DNA of 64,000 bases from NCBI GenBank assembly GCA_035629865.1, contig DASPHC010000055.1, positions 134,940 to 198,939 on the forward strand, in the 5' to 3' direction. The translations under genes were made by a program, and so were the position numbers. This document shows, piece after piece, positions 19,125 to 28,841 of this stretch (positions within the stretch are counted from its first letter, which is position 1; the number at the start of each line of letters is the position of its first letter). The DNA comes from Thermoanaerobaculia bacterium (GTDB lineage Bacteria > Acidobacteriota > Thermoanaerobaculia > Gp7-AA8). Below the pieces are notes generated by a model, which saw only the letters and a program-made list of their open reading frames with translations, searched no databases and was not told the origin of the DNA.

Positions 19125-19534
19125 CCGTCGCGGACGGCGTCAGTAAAGCCGATGGTCTCGAGAATCTCCGGCATGGGAACTCCGTCGCGAGTCGCCGCAC
19201 CGAGCCATGCGAGAAGAATGTCAATGAGCGTTGTGTAAGCGACCGCCGCCGCCGGTTTTCCGAGCTCCTGCAGGTACTTGCTGAAGAGTTCATCCGTGGG
19301 AATGGCCGCGACGGGTACCGGCTGGCGGGCAGGATCCTTCCAGAAGTACGTCTGATCGCGGGTGACGAGGACGACATACGGCGGCTTTTCGTTGCGGTTC
19401 AGGATGTCCGGCAAACGCTGCATGGCGAGCTCGGTAGAGCTCTTCTCATGAGCCATGACCGTGGCGATCACGACAACCTCCCGCTGCTCAGGATCGCTTA
19501 CCAGAACATCTGCTCGCATACCTGTTCCCAACAA
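19097..19534 (-). CDS. Hypothetical protein overlapping the PIN gene start
   Basis: ORF of 145 aa with good codon bias. Its 3' end overlaps the PIN start by about 27 nt. No recognisable family. Confidence 0.4.
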   Translation of the reverse strand: MLGTGMRADVLVSDPEQREVVVIATVMAHEKSSTELAMQRLPDILNRNEKPPYVVLVTRDQTYFWKDPARQPVPVAAIPTDELFSKYLQELGKPAAAVAYTTLIDILLAWLGAATRDGVPMPEILETIGFTDAVRDGWVDLPSAA

Positions 19535-19562
19535 GCCTACTACAACCCTTATTTACATGCCG

Positions 19563-20594
19563 TCACGATACCAGCCCGAGCCGCCGGGCGTGCTGTAGCG
19601 CTTCGGCCGAATCGCGCACGTAAAGCATCTCCACCCCGGCCGTCTTCGCTTCTTCGATGATCCTCGCGACCGCCTGGTCACGCACGTCGGCGGTGACGTC
19701 GCGGATGATGGCGGCGAGGATGCGGTCGGGATGGGTCTGGATGACGCGCAGGTAGATCTCGGGGTCGTGCTGGCCGCTGTCGCCGATGAGGACGAAGCGG
19801 AGGGCGGGGTAGTACTCGACCAGGAGCTGGATCTGGGCGAGCTTGTGCTCCTCGTGCGCGGCCATGAGGAGCGTCTTCTCGTCGATGCCCCAGTCCTGCA
19901 GGAACATCGGGCCGTGGGGGATGCCCTGGAGATTCATGAAGTCGTGCAGGAGCTCGTAGAGGTTCCAGGGGCTGCTGCTGACATAGAAGATCGGGTTCAC
20001 GTCGCGATGGAGGGCGCGGTAGAGATCGGCCACCCCTTCGAATGGCAGGCGGGAGGCGGCGTTGCGGATCACCGAACGGACCATGCCCAGAAGGCTGGTG
20101 GCGTTTGTGACCAGGACGGTGTCGTCGATGTCGCTGATGACCGCGAACTGTGCCGCTTCGGACGGGAGCATCACGTGCGCCACGGCAGTGTTGTCGGAGC
20201 CGGGGAGGGAGAGGTTTACCTCGTGCCAGAGCGTGTGCTGAGCGAGCTCGCGCGGCTCGAGGCGGAACTGGAAATGGCCCTCTTCATCCGTGATCGTCTC
20301 GACCACCGCATCGCGGTAGCTGGCCTGTACTTTCACGCCGGCGAGCTCGTCGCTCTGGAAGCGGCGGTAGGTGTTGAGGACGTTCCGCCAGAGGGGCTCG
20401 GCCCCGCTGGCGCGGGTGATCTGCTTCTCGGCGAGGACGCGCCCGCGGACGAGCATCTCGTGACCGCGGCCGAAGCCGCGGTAGGGGCTGATGACCGCGT
20501 TTCCGGCGTCGAAACGGCGGCGGCGGCGGTCGAGGTGGCGCTCCAGTCCGTGAGCGGCGCGGTGCAGAGTCCGGCGAGTCGGCATCTCTTTCAT
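19563..20594 (-). CDS. App1-like phosphatase (DUF2183 family)
   Basis: HAD-like DIDDTVLVT and IGDSGQHDPEIY motifs characteristic of App1/DUF2183. Confidence 0.6.
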   Translation of the reverse strand: MKEMPTRRTLHRAAHGLERHLDRRRRRFDAGNAVISPYRGFGRGHEMLVRGRVLAEKQITRASGAEPLWRNVLNTYRRFQSDELAGVKVQASYRDAVVETITDEEGHFQFRLEPRELAQHTLWHEVNLSLPGSDNTAVAHVMLPSEAAQFAVISDIDDTVLVTNATSLLGMVRSVIRNAASRLPFEGVADLYRALHRDVNPIFYVSSSPWNLYELLHDFMNLQGIPHGPMFLQDWGIDEKTLLMAAHEEHKLAQIQLLVEYYPALRFVLIGDSGQHDPEIYLRVIQTHPDRILAAIIRDVTADVRDQAVARIIEEAKTAGVEMLYVRDSAEALQHARRLGLVS

Positions 20595-20694
20595 TTTGCT
20601 GTAGAATCCGCCCCCTCCGGAACGGGCGGCGCGATCTTTGCGTCGTTTTCAGGCCTCAAAGCGTCAACTCTAACTTCTCGAAAAGGATCCCTGC

Positions 20695-22302
20695 ATGAGC
20701 GAATTGGTGACCGCCACAGATACGCCTACGGTGCGTCCGTCGACGGGCCAGGACGGCAACCGCGACAAGTCGCTGCCGGTCGAGCCGAAGTCGGTCGTCT
20801 GGAACCCGACCCCCGAGCAGCTCCGGCAGTTCGCCGGGGAGATGCCGAATGCGCGCCCGACCGAGTTCGGCAATCTGAACGTCGCCACGCGCGTCGTCTC
20901 GCGCTCCAAATTGTCGACCTTCGTCGCCACCGACACCCCGGAGCAGCACTCGGACCAGACCATCACGCGCGCTGAGTATGACCGCATCTCGCGGCTCCAG
21001 AACGACTACATCAAGACGCACGACATGCTCGTCGTCGAAGGCTACATCGGAAACGACCCCGAGTTTCGCGTCCCGGCCCGCCTGATCATCGAGAAGGCGA
21101 ACGCCAACATCGCGGCGATGCAGGACATCCTCTATTACCGGGCCAGCGAGGACGAGATCGCCGATTTCCAGCCGGCCGCGACTGTCATCTACACGCCGAA
21201 CCTGCGCGCCGAGGGATATCCCGACGAGCGCCTGATCGCGGTCGACCTCGAGAGCTACATCACCCGCGTCTTCAACTCCGATTACTTCGGCGAGTCGAAG
21301 AAGGGCGGACTGCGGATGTGGAACAAGCTGGTTTACGAGCGCGGCGGTCTGGCGCTCCACGCCGGCTGCAAAGTCATTCCGGTAGGCGACACGAAGCGCG
21401 TCGGCCTCATCGTCGGACTCTCCGGCACGGGCAAGACCACCACGACTTTCACCAAGCAGAACGAGTCGCAGCCGGTGCAGGACGACTTTTGCGCGCTCAT
21501 GCCGGGCGGGAAAATCTACGCGACCGAGAACGGCTGCTTCGCCAAGACGTTCGGCCTCAATCCGAACGACGAGCCGACGATCTACCACGCCTGCGCCTCG
21601 ACGCACGCTTACCTCGAGAACGTCTCCCAGAACGAGGAAGGGAAAGTCGACTACTTCGACACGTCCTACACGCCGAACGGCCGGGCCGTCATCCGGATGG
21701 AGGACATCTCCGGTGCCGCCGACGCGCGCGAGATTACCAAGGCCGACTTCCTCCTGATCCTGAACCGCAACGAGAACATCATCCCGGCCGTGGCGAAGCT
21801 CGAGGGGCCGCTGGCGGCCGCCTTCTTCATGCTCGGCGAGACCAAGGGCACCAGCGCCGGCGGCGCGTCGGAAGCCGGCAAGTCGCTGCGCGTCCCCGGC
21901 ACCAATCCGTTCTTCCCGCTGCTGCACGCCTACCAGGGCAACCGGATGCTCGAGCTCATGAACGACAGCCCGATGGAGGTCTACCTCATGAACACCGGCG
22001 CCATCGGCGGCGACGGAAAGGCCGAGGGGTCGAAGAAGGTGAAGATCCAGCACTCGTCCGCGGTCGTGAAAGCAATCGCCGAGGGGACCATCAAGTGGGA
22101 GCGCGATCCTGACTTCGGATACCTCGTGGCGACGGAAGTCCCGGGCATCGACGACGCCGACTACCTGCAGCCGAAGAAGATGTATGAGCGGCAGGGGAGG
22201 CTCGACGAGTACAACCAACTCGTCGCCAAGTACAACAATGACCGCCGGGAGTACCTGAGGAAGTGGAAGGGGCTCTCCGAGGAAGTGGTCAACGCGATCT
22301 GA
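20695..22302 (+). CDS. pckA: Phosphoenolpyruvate carboxykinase (ATP)
   Basis: Kinase-1a motif GLSGTGKTT and full-length PEPCK-ATP layout. A terminator follows. Confidence 0.95.
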   Translation: MSELVTATDTPTVRPSTGQDGNRDKSLPVEPKSVVWNPTPEQLRQFAGEMPNARPTEFGNLNVATRVVSRSKLSTFVATDTPEQHSDQTITRAEYDRISRLQNDYIKTHDMLVVEGYIGNDPEFRVPARLIIEKANANIAAMQDILYYRASEDEIADFQPAATVIYTPNLRAEGYPDERLIAVDLESYITRVFNSDYFGESKKGGLRMWNKLVYERGGLALHAGCKVIPVGDTKRVGLIVGLSGTGKTTTTFTKQNESQPVQDDFCALMPGGKIYATENGCFAKTFGLNPNDEPTIYHACASTHAYLENVSQNEEGKVDYFDTSYTPNGRAVIRMEDISGAADAREITKADFLLILNRNENIIPAVAKLEGPLAAAFFMLGETKGTSAGGASEAGKSLRVPGTNPFFPLLHAYQGNRMLELMNDSPMEVYLMNTGAIGGDGKAEGSKKVKIQHSSAVVKAIAEGTIKWERDPDFGYLVATEVPGIDDADYLQPKKMYERQGRLDEYNQLVAKYNNDRREYLRKWKGLSEEVVNAI

Positions 22303-22330
22303 GCTCGCAGCTCTAAGCTCGCAGTTCAAA

Positions 22331-22358
22331 GGCCCGGGCAAATCCCGGGCCTTTTCAT
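22331..22358 (+). terminator. Rho-independent terminator downstream of pckA
   Basis: GGCCCGGGcaaatCCCGGGCC stem-loop followed by TTTTCATTT. Confidence 0.65.
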
Positions 22359-22388
22359 TTCGCGTGTCTTTCTCCTGAGAGCTGCGAG

Positions 22389-24818
22389 CTACGTCTCCAC
22401 GTGTAAAAACATGTACAGCGCCGCCAGTGCAAACAGGATGTTCGCGCTCCACGCCGAGAGCAGCGGCGGCAGGTTCCCCACCTCGCCGAACTTCGTGAAG
22501 ATTCCGAAGATCGTCCAGTAGACGATTCCCAGGACCAGTGCGAGGCCGACGCCGTACAGCGCGCCCCGTTTGCCCATCCGGAAGGCGAACGGCATCGCGA
22601 TGAGGGCCATGACCAGGCAGATCGCCGGCCACGAAGTCTTCTCGTACAGCTTCGCGGCGAGGTTGTCGGCGCCATACCCGGAGGCGCGGAGGGTGTTCAC
22701 GTAGCGCCGCAGTTGCGCGTACGTCATCTGCTCGGGCGCCTTGACCTCGGTGGCGAAATCCTCCGGCGTCTCTTTGTAGAAGAGCGGCAACGGCTTGTCG
22801 ATCACCGAGAAAGTCGAGCTGCCGTCGTCGCGGAACGAGCGCATCCAGCCGTCCTCGAACGCCCACGCCTCGCCGTTCCAGGTCGCGCGGTGGGCGTAGA
22901 CACGCCGCGTCATCCGCCACTCCGTCGGATGGAACTCGTATACCTGCACCTGGGTCAGCCGCTTCTGGTCGCGGTTGTAGCCGAGGAAGTTGATGATGTA
23001 GCGCCCCTTGCCGAGGTACCAGAGCTTCTGCTGCGCCTCGGCGGCGATGGCCGGTTTCCCGTCGATCCTTCGCTTCAACTCGCTGACCCGGCTGGATGAG
23101 TACGGAAGGACGAAGTCGAGATTGAGGTACGCCACGATGCTGAGCAGCGCCGCCACGGCGATGATCGGCGCGCCGATGCGGTAGAGCGAGACCCCGCTCG
23201 ACTTGATCGCCGTCACCTCGTTGTTCTTCGACATCATCGCGAACGTGACCAGCGTGGCCACGAGCACCGAGATCGGCAGCGTCCAGTTCAGGACGCCGAA
23301 GATGTGGAAGCGGTAGTAGGTGAGCAGCGTCGACGCGGCCACGCCGTTTTCGCGGGCGTCCTTCGCCGTGTCGGTGTAGTCGATGATTACGAAGAGCGCC
23401 GCGACCGAAAACAGGACCAGCACCAGCACTTTCAGGAACTCCCGGAGGATGTAGCGGTCGAGGATGTTCGGGAAAGTGATGTCGAGCCGGTTCAGCAGCG
23501 CCCGCTCGTCCGAGGCGGCAGAAGGGGAGCGACGGGCGACCTTTCGCCCGAGCCATTCGGCCACTCGCCGGAAAACGCCGCCTTCCGCCCGGCCGCCGAC
23601 CATGTCCCGGTTCGCGCGGCCGAGGAAGTAGATGCCGGCCGCGAGGAGTATCAGGTTCGCCCCCCACATGCCGAGCCACGTCGGGATCTTCCCGTTGATG
23701 GCCAGTTGCTCGCCGTTGTTGAACATCAGGTAGTAGACGACGATGATCGCAATACTTAAAGAGAAACCTGAGCTTTTGCCGCCGCGGCGGTTGGTGATGC
23801 CGAGCGGCAGCGCGAGCACGCCGAAGGCGATGCAGGCGAACGGGATGGCGAACTTCTTATGGATCTCGACCCGGGCGATGTTCCGGTTGATCCGGTCGCT
23901 GTCGCCCTTGCCGCGGCTGAGGTGGCGCTCCTGGTCCAGCAGCTCGCGCAAGTTCATTTCACGGAACGACTTGGCCAGCGTCCTGGCGTCGAAGGCCGTA
24001 TTGGTCGTCGGCATCAGGATACGCTGCGACTCGTTCCTGGTGTGGTCGTAGCGGTCGGGCCGCCGTGAGTCCCACACGTGGGTTTCGGCGCCTGTCAGGT
24101 TCATCCAGATGTTTTTGGAGCCATCGGCGGCCTGGATGACCGACAGATTGCCGCCCTCGGCGGCGATGATCCGCTGTCCGCCGCCTTGCTGCGACAGCGC
24201 CGCGACGTCGTCTTCCTCCGGCTCGGCCATGTTCTCGCTCATCTGCTTCGGCGTCGTCGCGTCGCGCGATTCGTCGCTGCGGGTGTCGGAAACGAACACG
24301 CCTTTCCAGTTCCCGGTGGCCGGGTCAACCTGGTCGACGTAGATCATCAGCTCTTCGTACTTGTCGTAGAAGACCCGCGGCTTGACGGCCTGCTCGGCGG
24401 CGGAGGTCGTGAGCTCGATCCGGAACGTCTGGAGCTGCTGATTGCCTTTCGGCAGCACCTCGTTCACCAGGTAGAGGTTGAGGAGGAACATCAGCACGCT
24501 GAAGAAGAAGACCGGGCGGTAGATGGTGCGCGTCGACATGCCGAGAGCGCGCATGGCGACGACTTCAGAGTCCGAGGAGAGCCGGCCGACCGCGATCAGG
24601 ATTCCGAACAGCAGGGACATCGGCAGGGTCAGCACGATGATGTGCGGAAGCGAATACAGAAGCAGGCGGCCAACAGCGGCGCCCGGCAGCGACTGGCGGA
24701 TGATCAGGCCCGCCATGTCGAAGAGGTTCTGCATCAGGATGAGGGTCGTGTAGAACAGGAGCCCCAGGAACGTGGGAGCGACCATCTCCTTGAAGATGTA
24801 GCGCGTGAGGATGCTCAT
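22389..24818 (-). CDS. Fused LptF/LptG-type LPS export permease (two YjgP/YjgQ modules in one polypeptide)
   Basis: Two sets of transmembrane segments, each followed by a periplasmic beta-jellyroll region. Both halves carry the RYILREF/RYIFKEM YjgP start motif. Confidence 0.8.
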   Translation of the reverse strand: MSILTRYIFKEMVAPTFLGLLFYTTLILMQNLFDMAGLIIRQSLPGAAVGRLLLYSLPHIIVLTLPMSLLFGILIAVGRLSSDSEVVAMRALGMSTRTIYRPVFFFSVLMFLLNLYLVNEVLPKGNQQLQTFRIELTTSAAEQAVKPRVFYDKYEELMIYVDQVDPATGNWKGVFVSDTRSDESRDATTPKQMSENMAEPEEDDVAALSQQGGGQRIIAAEGGNLSVIQAADGSKNIWMNLTGAETHVWDSRRPDRYDHTRNESQRILMPTTNTAFDARTLAKSFREMNLRELLDQERHLSRGKGDSDRINRNIARVEIHKKFAIPFACIAFGVLALPLGITNRRGGKSSGFSLSIAIIVVYYLMFNNGEQLAINGKIPTWLGMWGANLILLAAGIYFLGRANRDMVGGRAEGGVFRRVAEWLGRKVARRSPSAASDERALLNRLDITFPNILDRYILREFLKVLVLVLFSVAALFVIIDYTDTAKDARENGVAASTLLTYYRFHIFGVLNWTLPISVLVATLVTFAMMSKNNEVTAIKSSGVSLYRIGAPIIAVAALLSIVAYLNLDFVLPYSSSRVSELKRRIDGKPAIAAEAQQKLWYLGKGRYIINFLGYNRDQKRLTQVQVYEFHPTEWRMTRRVYAHRATWNGEAWAFEDGWMRSFRDDGSSTFSVIDKPLPLFYKETPEDFATEVKAPEQMTYAQLRRYVNTLRASGYGADNLAAKLYEKTSWPAICLVMALIAMPFAFRMGKRGALYGVGLALVLGIVYWTIFGIFTKFGEVGNLPPLLSAWSANILFALAALYMFLHVET

Positions 24819-24966
24819 CGGGCGCGGATTATCTCGCGGGATTCACGCCAGACAGCGGATTCGGCGGGCGTTCTCACAGTTTCCACAAAGTCTATTAAGA
24901 TCGATTATGTTAAACAATGACTATCGTGTGGCCTCTCCGTCCCGGCCGACTTTGTCTGCCGGCGGC

Positions 24967-25410
24967 TCAGCGTCCGCGCTGTGCAGCGATCCTCGCCTCG
25001 CGTGCGCGTTGCAGCGCGAGCTGCCATCCTGCGCGTGATGCCTCGGGCAGTACGCCGATCGTCACGTCGACGGCTCTCTTTTGCCCATTCCGGATGATGT
25101 GAAACGTCATCCTGCTGCCGGGCTTCTGCGCGGCCAGGAACAGCAGCACGTCGAGATCGTCGGCAAAACGAAGCGATGCGCCGCCGACGGCCGTAATCAG
25201 GTCGCCCCCGCGGATGCCGGCGCTGTCGGCCGGGCCTCCAGGCGTCGTGCGCTCCACGAACAGAAACGGCTCGGACGCCCTGGTCCGATGCGGCCGGACG
25301 CTCATTCCGAACCACGGCTGCTGCGGCTCGGTGCGCTTCTCCGCACCGCGTAGGTCTCCGCTGCCGGTCAAGATCACGATGAGGAGCCCGAGAACGCCGA
25401 TCCGTTTCAT
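24967..25410 (-). CDS. Secreted PDZ-domain protein
   Basis: Signal peptide MKRIGVLGLLIVILTGSGDLRGA. PDZ core GGPADSAGIRGGDLITAVGG. ATGA overlap with the upstream gene. Confidence 0.6.
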   Translation of the reverse strand: MKRIGVLGLLIVILTGSGDLRGAEKRTEPQQPWFGMSVRPHRTRASEPFLFVERTTPGGPADSAGIRGGDLITAVGGASLRFADDLDVLLFLAAQKPGSRMTFHIIRNGQKRAVDVTIGVLPEASRAGWQLALQRAREARIAAQRGR

Positions 25411-27578
25411 GTCCGTCCTTCTTCTTCCTGTTTCTTTCTCGGCTGGAGATCCACGTTGTGCGTGGAGCCGGGTTGAACGACGACTTCGTGGCAGTCTTCT
25501 CTGGGAGAGCGGCTGCTGGGACAGAGCGTGTAGAGACCGGGCTCCACGTAAATCGCGCCGCCGAACCGGCCGAGCGGCTCAGGAAAGTGGAAGATGTACG
25601 CTGGGGCAACAACCCCACGCGCCGAGACCGACGCGCGATCGCCGAAACGGATCAGGCCTCCCTGCCGTGGCAGCTGGATTCGGAGAGGTTCCCGCGTAAT
25701 CGCCGTAGAAAGGACGGTTGCCGGATAATCGTATGTCAGCACGATCATTTGAACGGCCGTCGTGCCGCGACTCAACGGGCGTTCGAAGTAGCCGTTCAGC
25801 CCGGCGACGCCACCCGACCACGAACGGCCGCCGTCGACCGACATCTGGATTGACGCGCCGCTCGCAGGTAAGCCGTCGGGCGTGAGCACATACCCGGAGA
25901 CCAGCACTACAGGAGCGGTTTTCAGTGTCAGCTCGGCGGTTTCATCCTCTTCAATCCGGACGTCCAGGGGCGCCGGCGTGCTCCCGGCCGCGGACTGTGC
26001 GTCGACCTGGTAATCGCCGGCTGACAAACCGACGAGGTCAAACCGGCCGTCGCCGTTCGTCCGCTGCTGGGCAACGATCCGGCCACCGCGGAACAGGTGG
26101 ACGACCGCGGGATCACGTTGGCCGTCGTCACCGATGACCTCCCCGCGGATGCGCCCGCCTGGTAACTGAACCTCAATTTCGTGGAGAGACCCGCGCTGTG
26201 CGTCTTCCGCGATCCGGACAGGAGACGCTTCGATGCGCGCCGGCGCCGCGCCGTGTGGATAAAGGACCGTTACGGCCCACGTGCCGGCGGCAGGCAAAAT
26301 CCCTTCGAACCTCCCCTTTTCATCCGCAGTCATCCGGACGACTCCCGCAGACGGATGAGCGAGGTGGAGGTCCGCCTCGAGAGGGTCGTCGCCGGCGCGC
26401 ACGGCGCCGCGAATCCGCAACGCGTGAATCGCCAGCAGAATCGTCCGGCGGCCCCCCTCGTACAAGTCGATCTCGGTCCGAAGCGCGACCGCGTCGTCAC
26501 CGTCCCGAACCACCACTTCGTACAGGTCGACCCGGAGACCCTCGACCACCACGCGGCCGTCGAGACCAGCCTTAAGCAATGACGTGCGCGGTGGCTCGCC
26601 CGGCAGGAGCGGCGTCACCTCGGTCACTTCCACACGCCACGGCCGCCCCTGCGGGTCAGCCGCCGGCTCGAATACGATGTCGGCCTCGCCGATTGGTGCA
26701 TGCAGAATCGGGAACGGAAGCTTGACCGCCTCGCCGGTCCGGAGCTCGACCTCGGCAATGATGGCCGCCGACCACCCGGACGCCTCCGACACGATGCGGT
26801 AGTGACCGGCGTCGAGGCCGGCGATCTGGAAGAAGCCGCGCTTGTTGGTTTGTGATCCGCGCATCCGGCGTCCGGCCAGGTCATCGCGCCGGCTGTTACC
26901 CTGGAACTGCAGCGGGATCAGCGTCACAGAAGCACCCGCGAGCGGCTTCTTCTCCGCGTTCTGAACCCACCCGATGATGCTCGCACCCGGCCGTAACGCT
27001 GCCGGCTCGAGGACTCGCAGGCCCTGTGCGCCGGCGACGACGTCCCAGTAGTAAACGGCAGAAAACCCTGGGACTTCGAGACGGAGATCGAAGGTGACAC
27101 CGGCCGGTACGGCGCAGTGCCAACGCGTGCCGTCGAGGCTGCAACTGGTGGCGCTCTCGGGCATCGGTACAGCTGAGGCGAGCACGGAGACAATCCCCTT
27201 CACTCCCCGCAGCTTCGTTCCGCGCGGTGCCTCCAGCGTACTCTCGGCTGCCGCCGCCGCATACGCCGTCAGAGTCAGTCCCGACTCGTCATCAGCCGTC
27301 CAGCGGCGGGTCTCGCTCCAGCAGTCCGCTTTGCGAAGCGAGATCGACCACTCTTGTGTCTCGGCGAGCCGGAGGCTGTACTCATTGCGCGCCGGGTTTG
27401 TCGGAATGGTGACCGGCGTACCCTGGTCGGGAATCGCGATGAGCTCCGCACCTGCCAGACATTCACCGGCGGCCGGCGCGACCTCGATGTGAATCTTCAC
27501 GTCGGCGCGCGCAGGCATGATCACAACGCCGCTGCTGATCAGCAGCACCGCCGGCCACTGGCGGATCAGGCTTTTCAT
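25407..27578 (-). CDS. Secreted multi-domain carboxypeptidase-regulatory-like (CarboxypepD_reg) protein
   Basis: Signal peptide MKSLIRQWPAVLLISSGVVIMPARA. At least four repeats of the G.V..DG.P..GA.V.L......T..DG.F.L.GL.AG.Y motif. Confidence 0.65.
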   Translation of the reverse strand: MKSLIRQWPAVLLISSGVVIMPARADVKIHIEVAPAAGECLAGAELIAIPDQGTPVTIPTNPARNEYSLRLAETQEWSISLRKADCWSETRRWTADDESGLTLTAYAAAAAESTLEAPRGTKLRGVKGIVSVLASAVPMPESATSCSLDGTRWHCAVPAGVTFDLRLEVPGFSAVYYWDVVAGAQGLRVLEPAALRPGASIIGWVQNAEKKPLAGASVTLIPLQFQGNSRRDDLAGRRMRGSQTNKRGFFQIAGLDAGHYRIVSEASGWSAAIIAEVELRTGEAVKLPFPILHAPIGEADIVFEPAADPQGRPWRVEVTEVTPLLPGEPPRTSLLKAGLDGRVVVEGLRVDLYEVVVRDGDDAVALRTEIDLYEGGRRTILLAIHALRIRGAVRAGDDPLEADLHLAHPSAGVVRMTADEKGRFEGILPAAGTWAVTVLYPHGAAPARIEASPVRIAEDAQRGSLHEIEVQLPGGRIRGEVIGDDGQRDPAVVHLFRGGRIVAQQRTNGDGRFDLVGLSAGDYQVDAQSAAGSTPAPLDVRIEEDETAELTLKTAPVVLVSGYVLTPDGLPASGASIQMSVDGGRSWSGGVAGLNGYFERPLSRGTTAVQMIVLTYDYPATVLSTAITREPLRIQLPRQGGLIRFGDRASVSARGVVAPAYIFHFPEPLGRFGGAIYVEPGLYTLCPSSRSPREDCHEVVVQPGSTHNVDLQPRKKQEEEGRT

Positions 27579-27583
27579 GGCGG

Positions 27584-27832
27584 TCAGATGTCGTAGCAAT
27601 AGGCAGACTGCCGGCACCAACAGCCCTTCCGGCCATCACACATGCCTTGGCAGAACAAAGATCTCGTCCACGAGATCATCCCGTCACATGGCGGGTTGTT
27701 GCAGGCCAGCATGATGTTGCAGGCCGCGTAGTCTTCGCCTCTGACGCAAGCCCAGTACTCACACTCTGCAGATACCGGAAGTGCGGCAACAAGAAGGACG
27801 GCCAGCACGAAAAGAACCCGGACGAGTCTCAT
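27584..27832 (-). CDS. Small secreted cysteine-rich peptide (12 Cys in a 60-aa mature region)
   Basis: Signal peptide MRLVRVLFVLAVLLVAALPVSA. Mature ECEYWACVRGEDYAACNIMLACNNPPCDGMISWTRSLFCQGMCDGRKGCWCRQSAYCYDI. Lies 5 nt upstream of the CarboxypepD_reg gene. Confidence 0.55.
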   Translation of the reverse strand: MRLVRVLFVLAVLLVAALPVSAECEYWACVRGEDYAACNIMLACNNPPCDGMISWTRSLFCQGMCDGRKGCWCRQSAYCYDI

Positions 27833-27894
27833 GGACGTTACCTTTCTTTCTTTCTTTCGGTACCGCCATCATACCCGCGCTCAGGCTATGTGTG

Positions 27895-28725
27895 CTATTG
27901 CTCCGCTTCCAGCCGGCGCAGCAGCTCCCGCACCGCCTCGATCACTTCGCTCTTCTCCACGTTCGGCTTCTTGAACGCCAGGTTGAGGGTGAACGGGAGC
28001 GCTTTGTCTTTGAGAGCGAAGACGTAGTTTTTGGGGCGGCCGGCTTTCGATTCCGGTTTGGTGGAGGTCTGCTTGCGCAGGTCGTCGCGGGAAAGCTCGC
28101 CGGCGGCGTAGGCGCGGACGAACTGCTCCATCGCCTCTTCGGAGCCGGCGCGGGCGACCTGGACGAGGACGCTCTTGTTCGCGATTCCGGCTTCCCGGCA
28201 CATCGCCCGGATCCGGTCCGGGATGTCGTTGATGAGCAGCGTCTCGGTGACTGTCGTCCGGGACTTGCCGATGACCTGGGAGATCTTCTCGTGGGTGTAG
28301 CCGAACTTCTGCTGCAGGATGTACAGCCCTTCCGCCTCTTCGAACGGCGTCAGGTCTTTCCTCTGGATGTTCTCGATGAGGGCGATCTCGAGCTGCTCGC
28401 GGTCGTCGACGTCGAGCTCGATGGCCGGGATCTCATCGAGGCCGGCCATGGTGGCGGCGCGGTAGCGGCGCTCGCCGGAGATGATCTGGTAGCGGTTCGG
28501 CCCGATCTGGCGGACCAGGATCGGCTCCAGCACGCCCTTGTCGCGGACGCTGGAGGCCAGCTCTTCGATATTGCCGAGCTGGGTGCGCGGCTGATTGGCG
28601 TTTGGCTCGATGAACTGGAGCGGCAGCATCGAGCCGATGTGCCGGCCGGAGCGGCGGGTCAGCTCGTCGACATAGTGCGAGTCGGCGCGCATTACGGAGC
28701 GTTCGGGAAGGCCACGCTTAGCCAT
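27895..28725 (-). CDS. parB: Chromosome partitioning protein ParB
   Basis: ParB box GERRYRAA and HTH region. Confidence 0.9.
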   Translation of the reverse strand: MAKRGLPERSVMRADSHYVDELTRRSGRHIGSMLPLQFIEPNANQPRTQLGNIEELASSVRDKGVLEPILVRQIGPNRYQIISGERRYRAATMAGLDEIPAIELDVDDREQLEIALIENIQRKDLTPFEEAEGLYILQQKFGYTHEKISQVIGKSRTTVTETLLINDIPDRIRAMCREAGIANKSVLVQVARAGSEEAMEQFVRAYAAGELSRDDLRKQTSTKPESKAGRPKNYVFALKDKALPFTLNLAFKKPNVEKSEVIEAVRELLRRLEAEQ

Positions 28726-28754
28726 GGGACGAGGTCCTCAGAACGAGAGATGAG

Positions 28755-28838
28755 AGATGAGAGATGAGCGATGAACGGAGAGCCGCTGAGCGTTCATCGC
28801 TCATCTCTCCTCGCTCATCTCTCGTACCGCGCAGCATG
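28755..28838. repeat. Palindromic repeat (GAGAGATGAGCGATGA family)
   Basis: gagagatgagagatgagagatgagcgatgaacg faces cgttcatcgctcatctctcctcgctcatctctc. Family copies at 56224 and 63787. Confidence 0.7.
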
Positions 28839-28841
28839 GTC

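Noticed and set aside
20656-23679. 1007-aa minus-strand ORF over pckA and the LptFG region
   Set aside because: It is antisense to pckA, which has a perfect kinase-1a motif. It is low-complexity and crosses the terminator hairpin.
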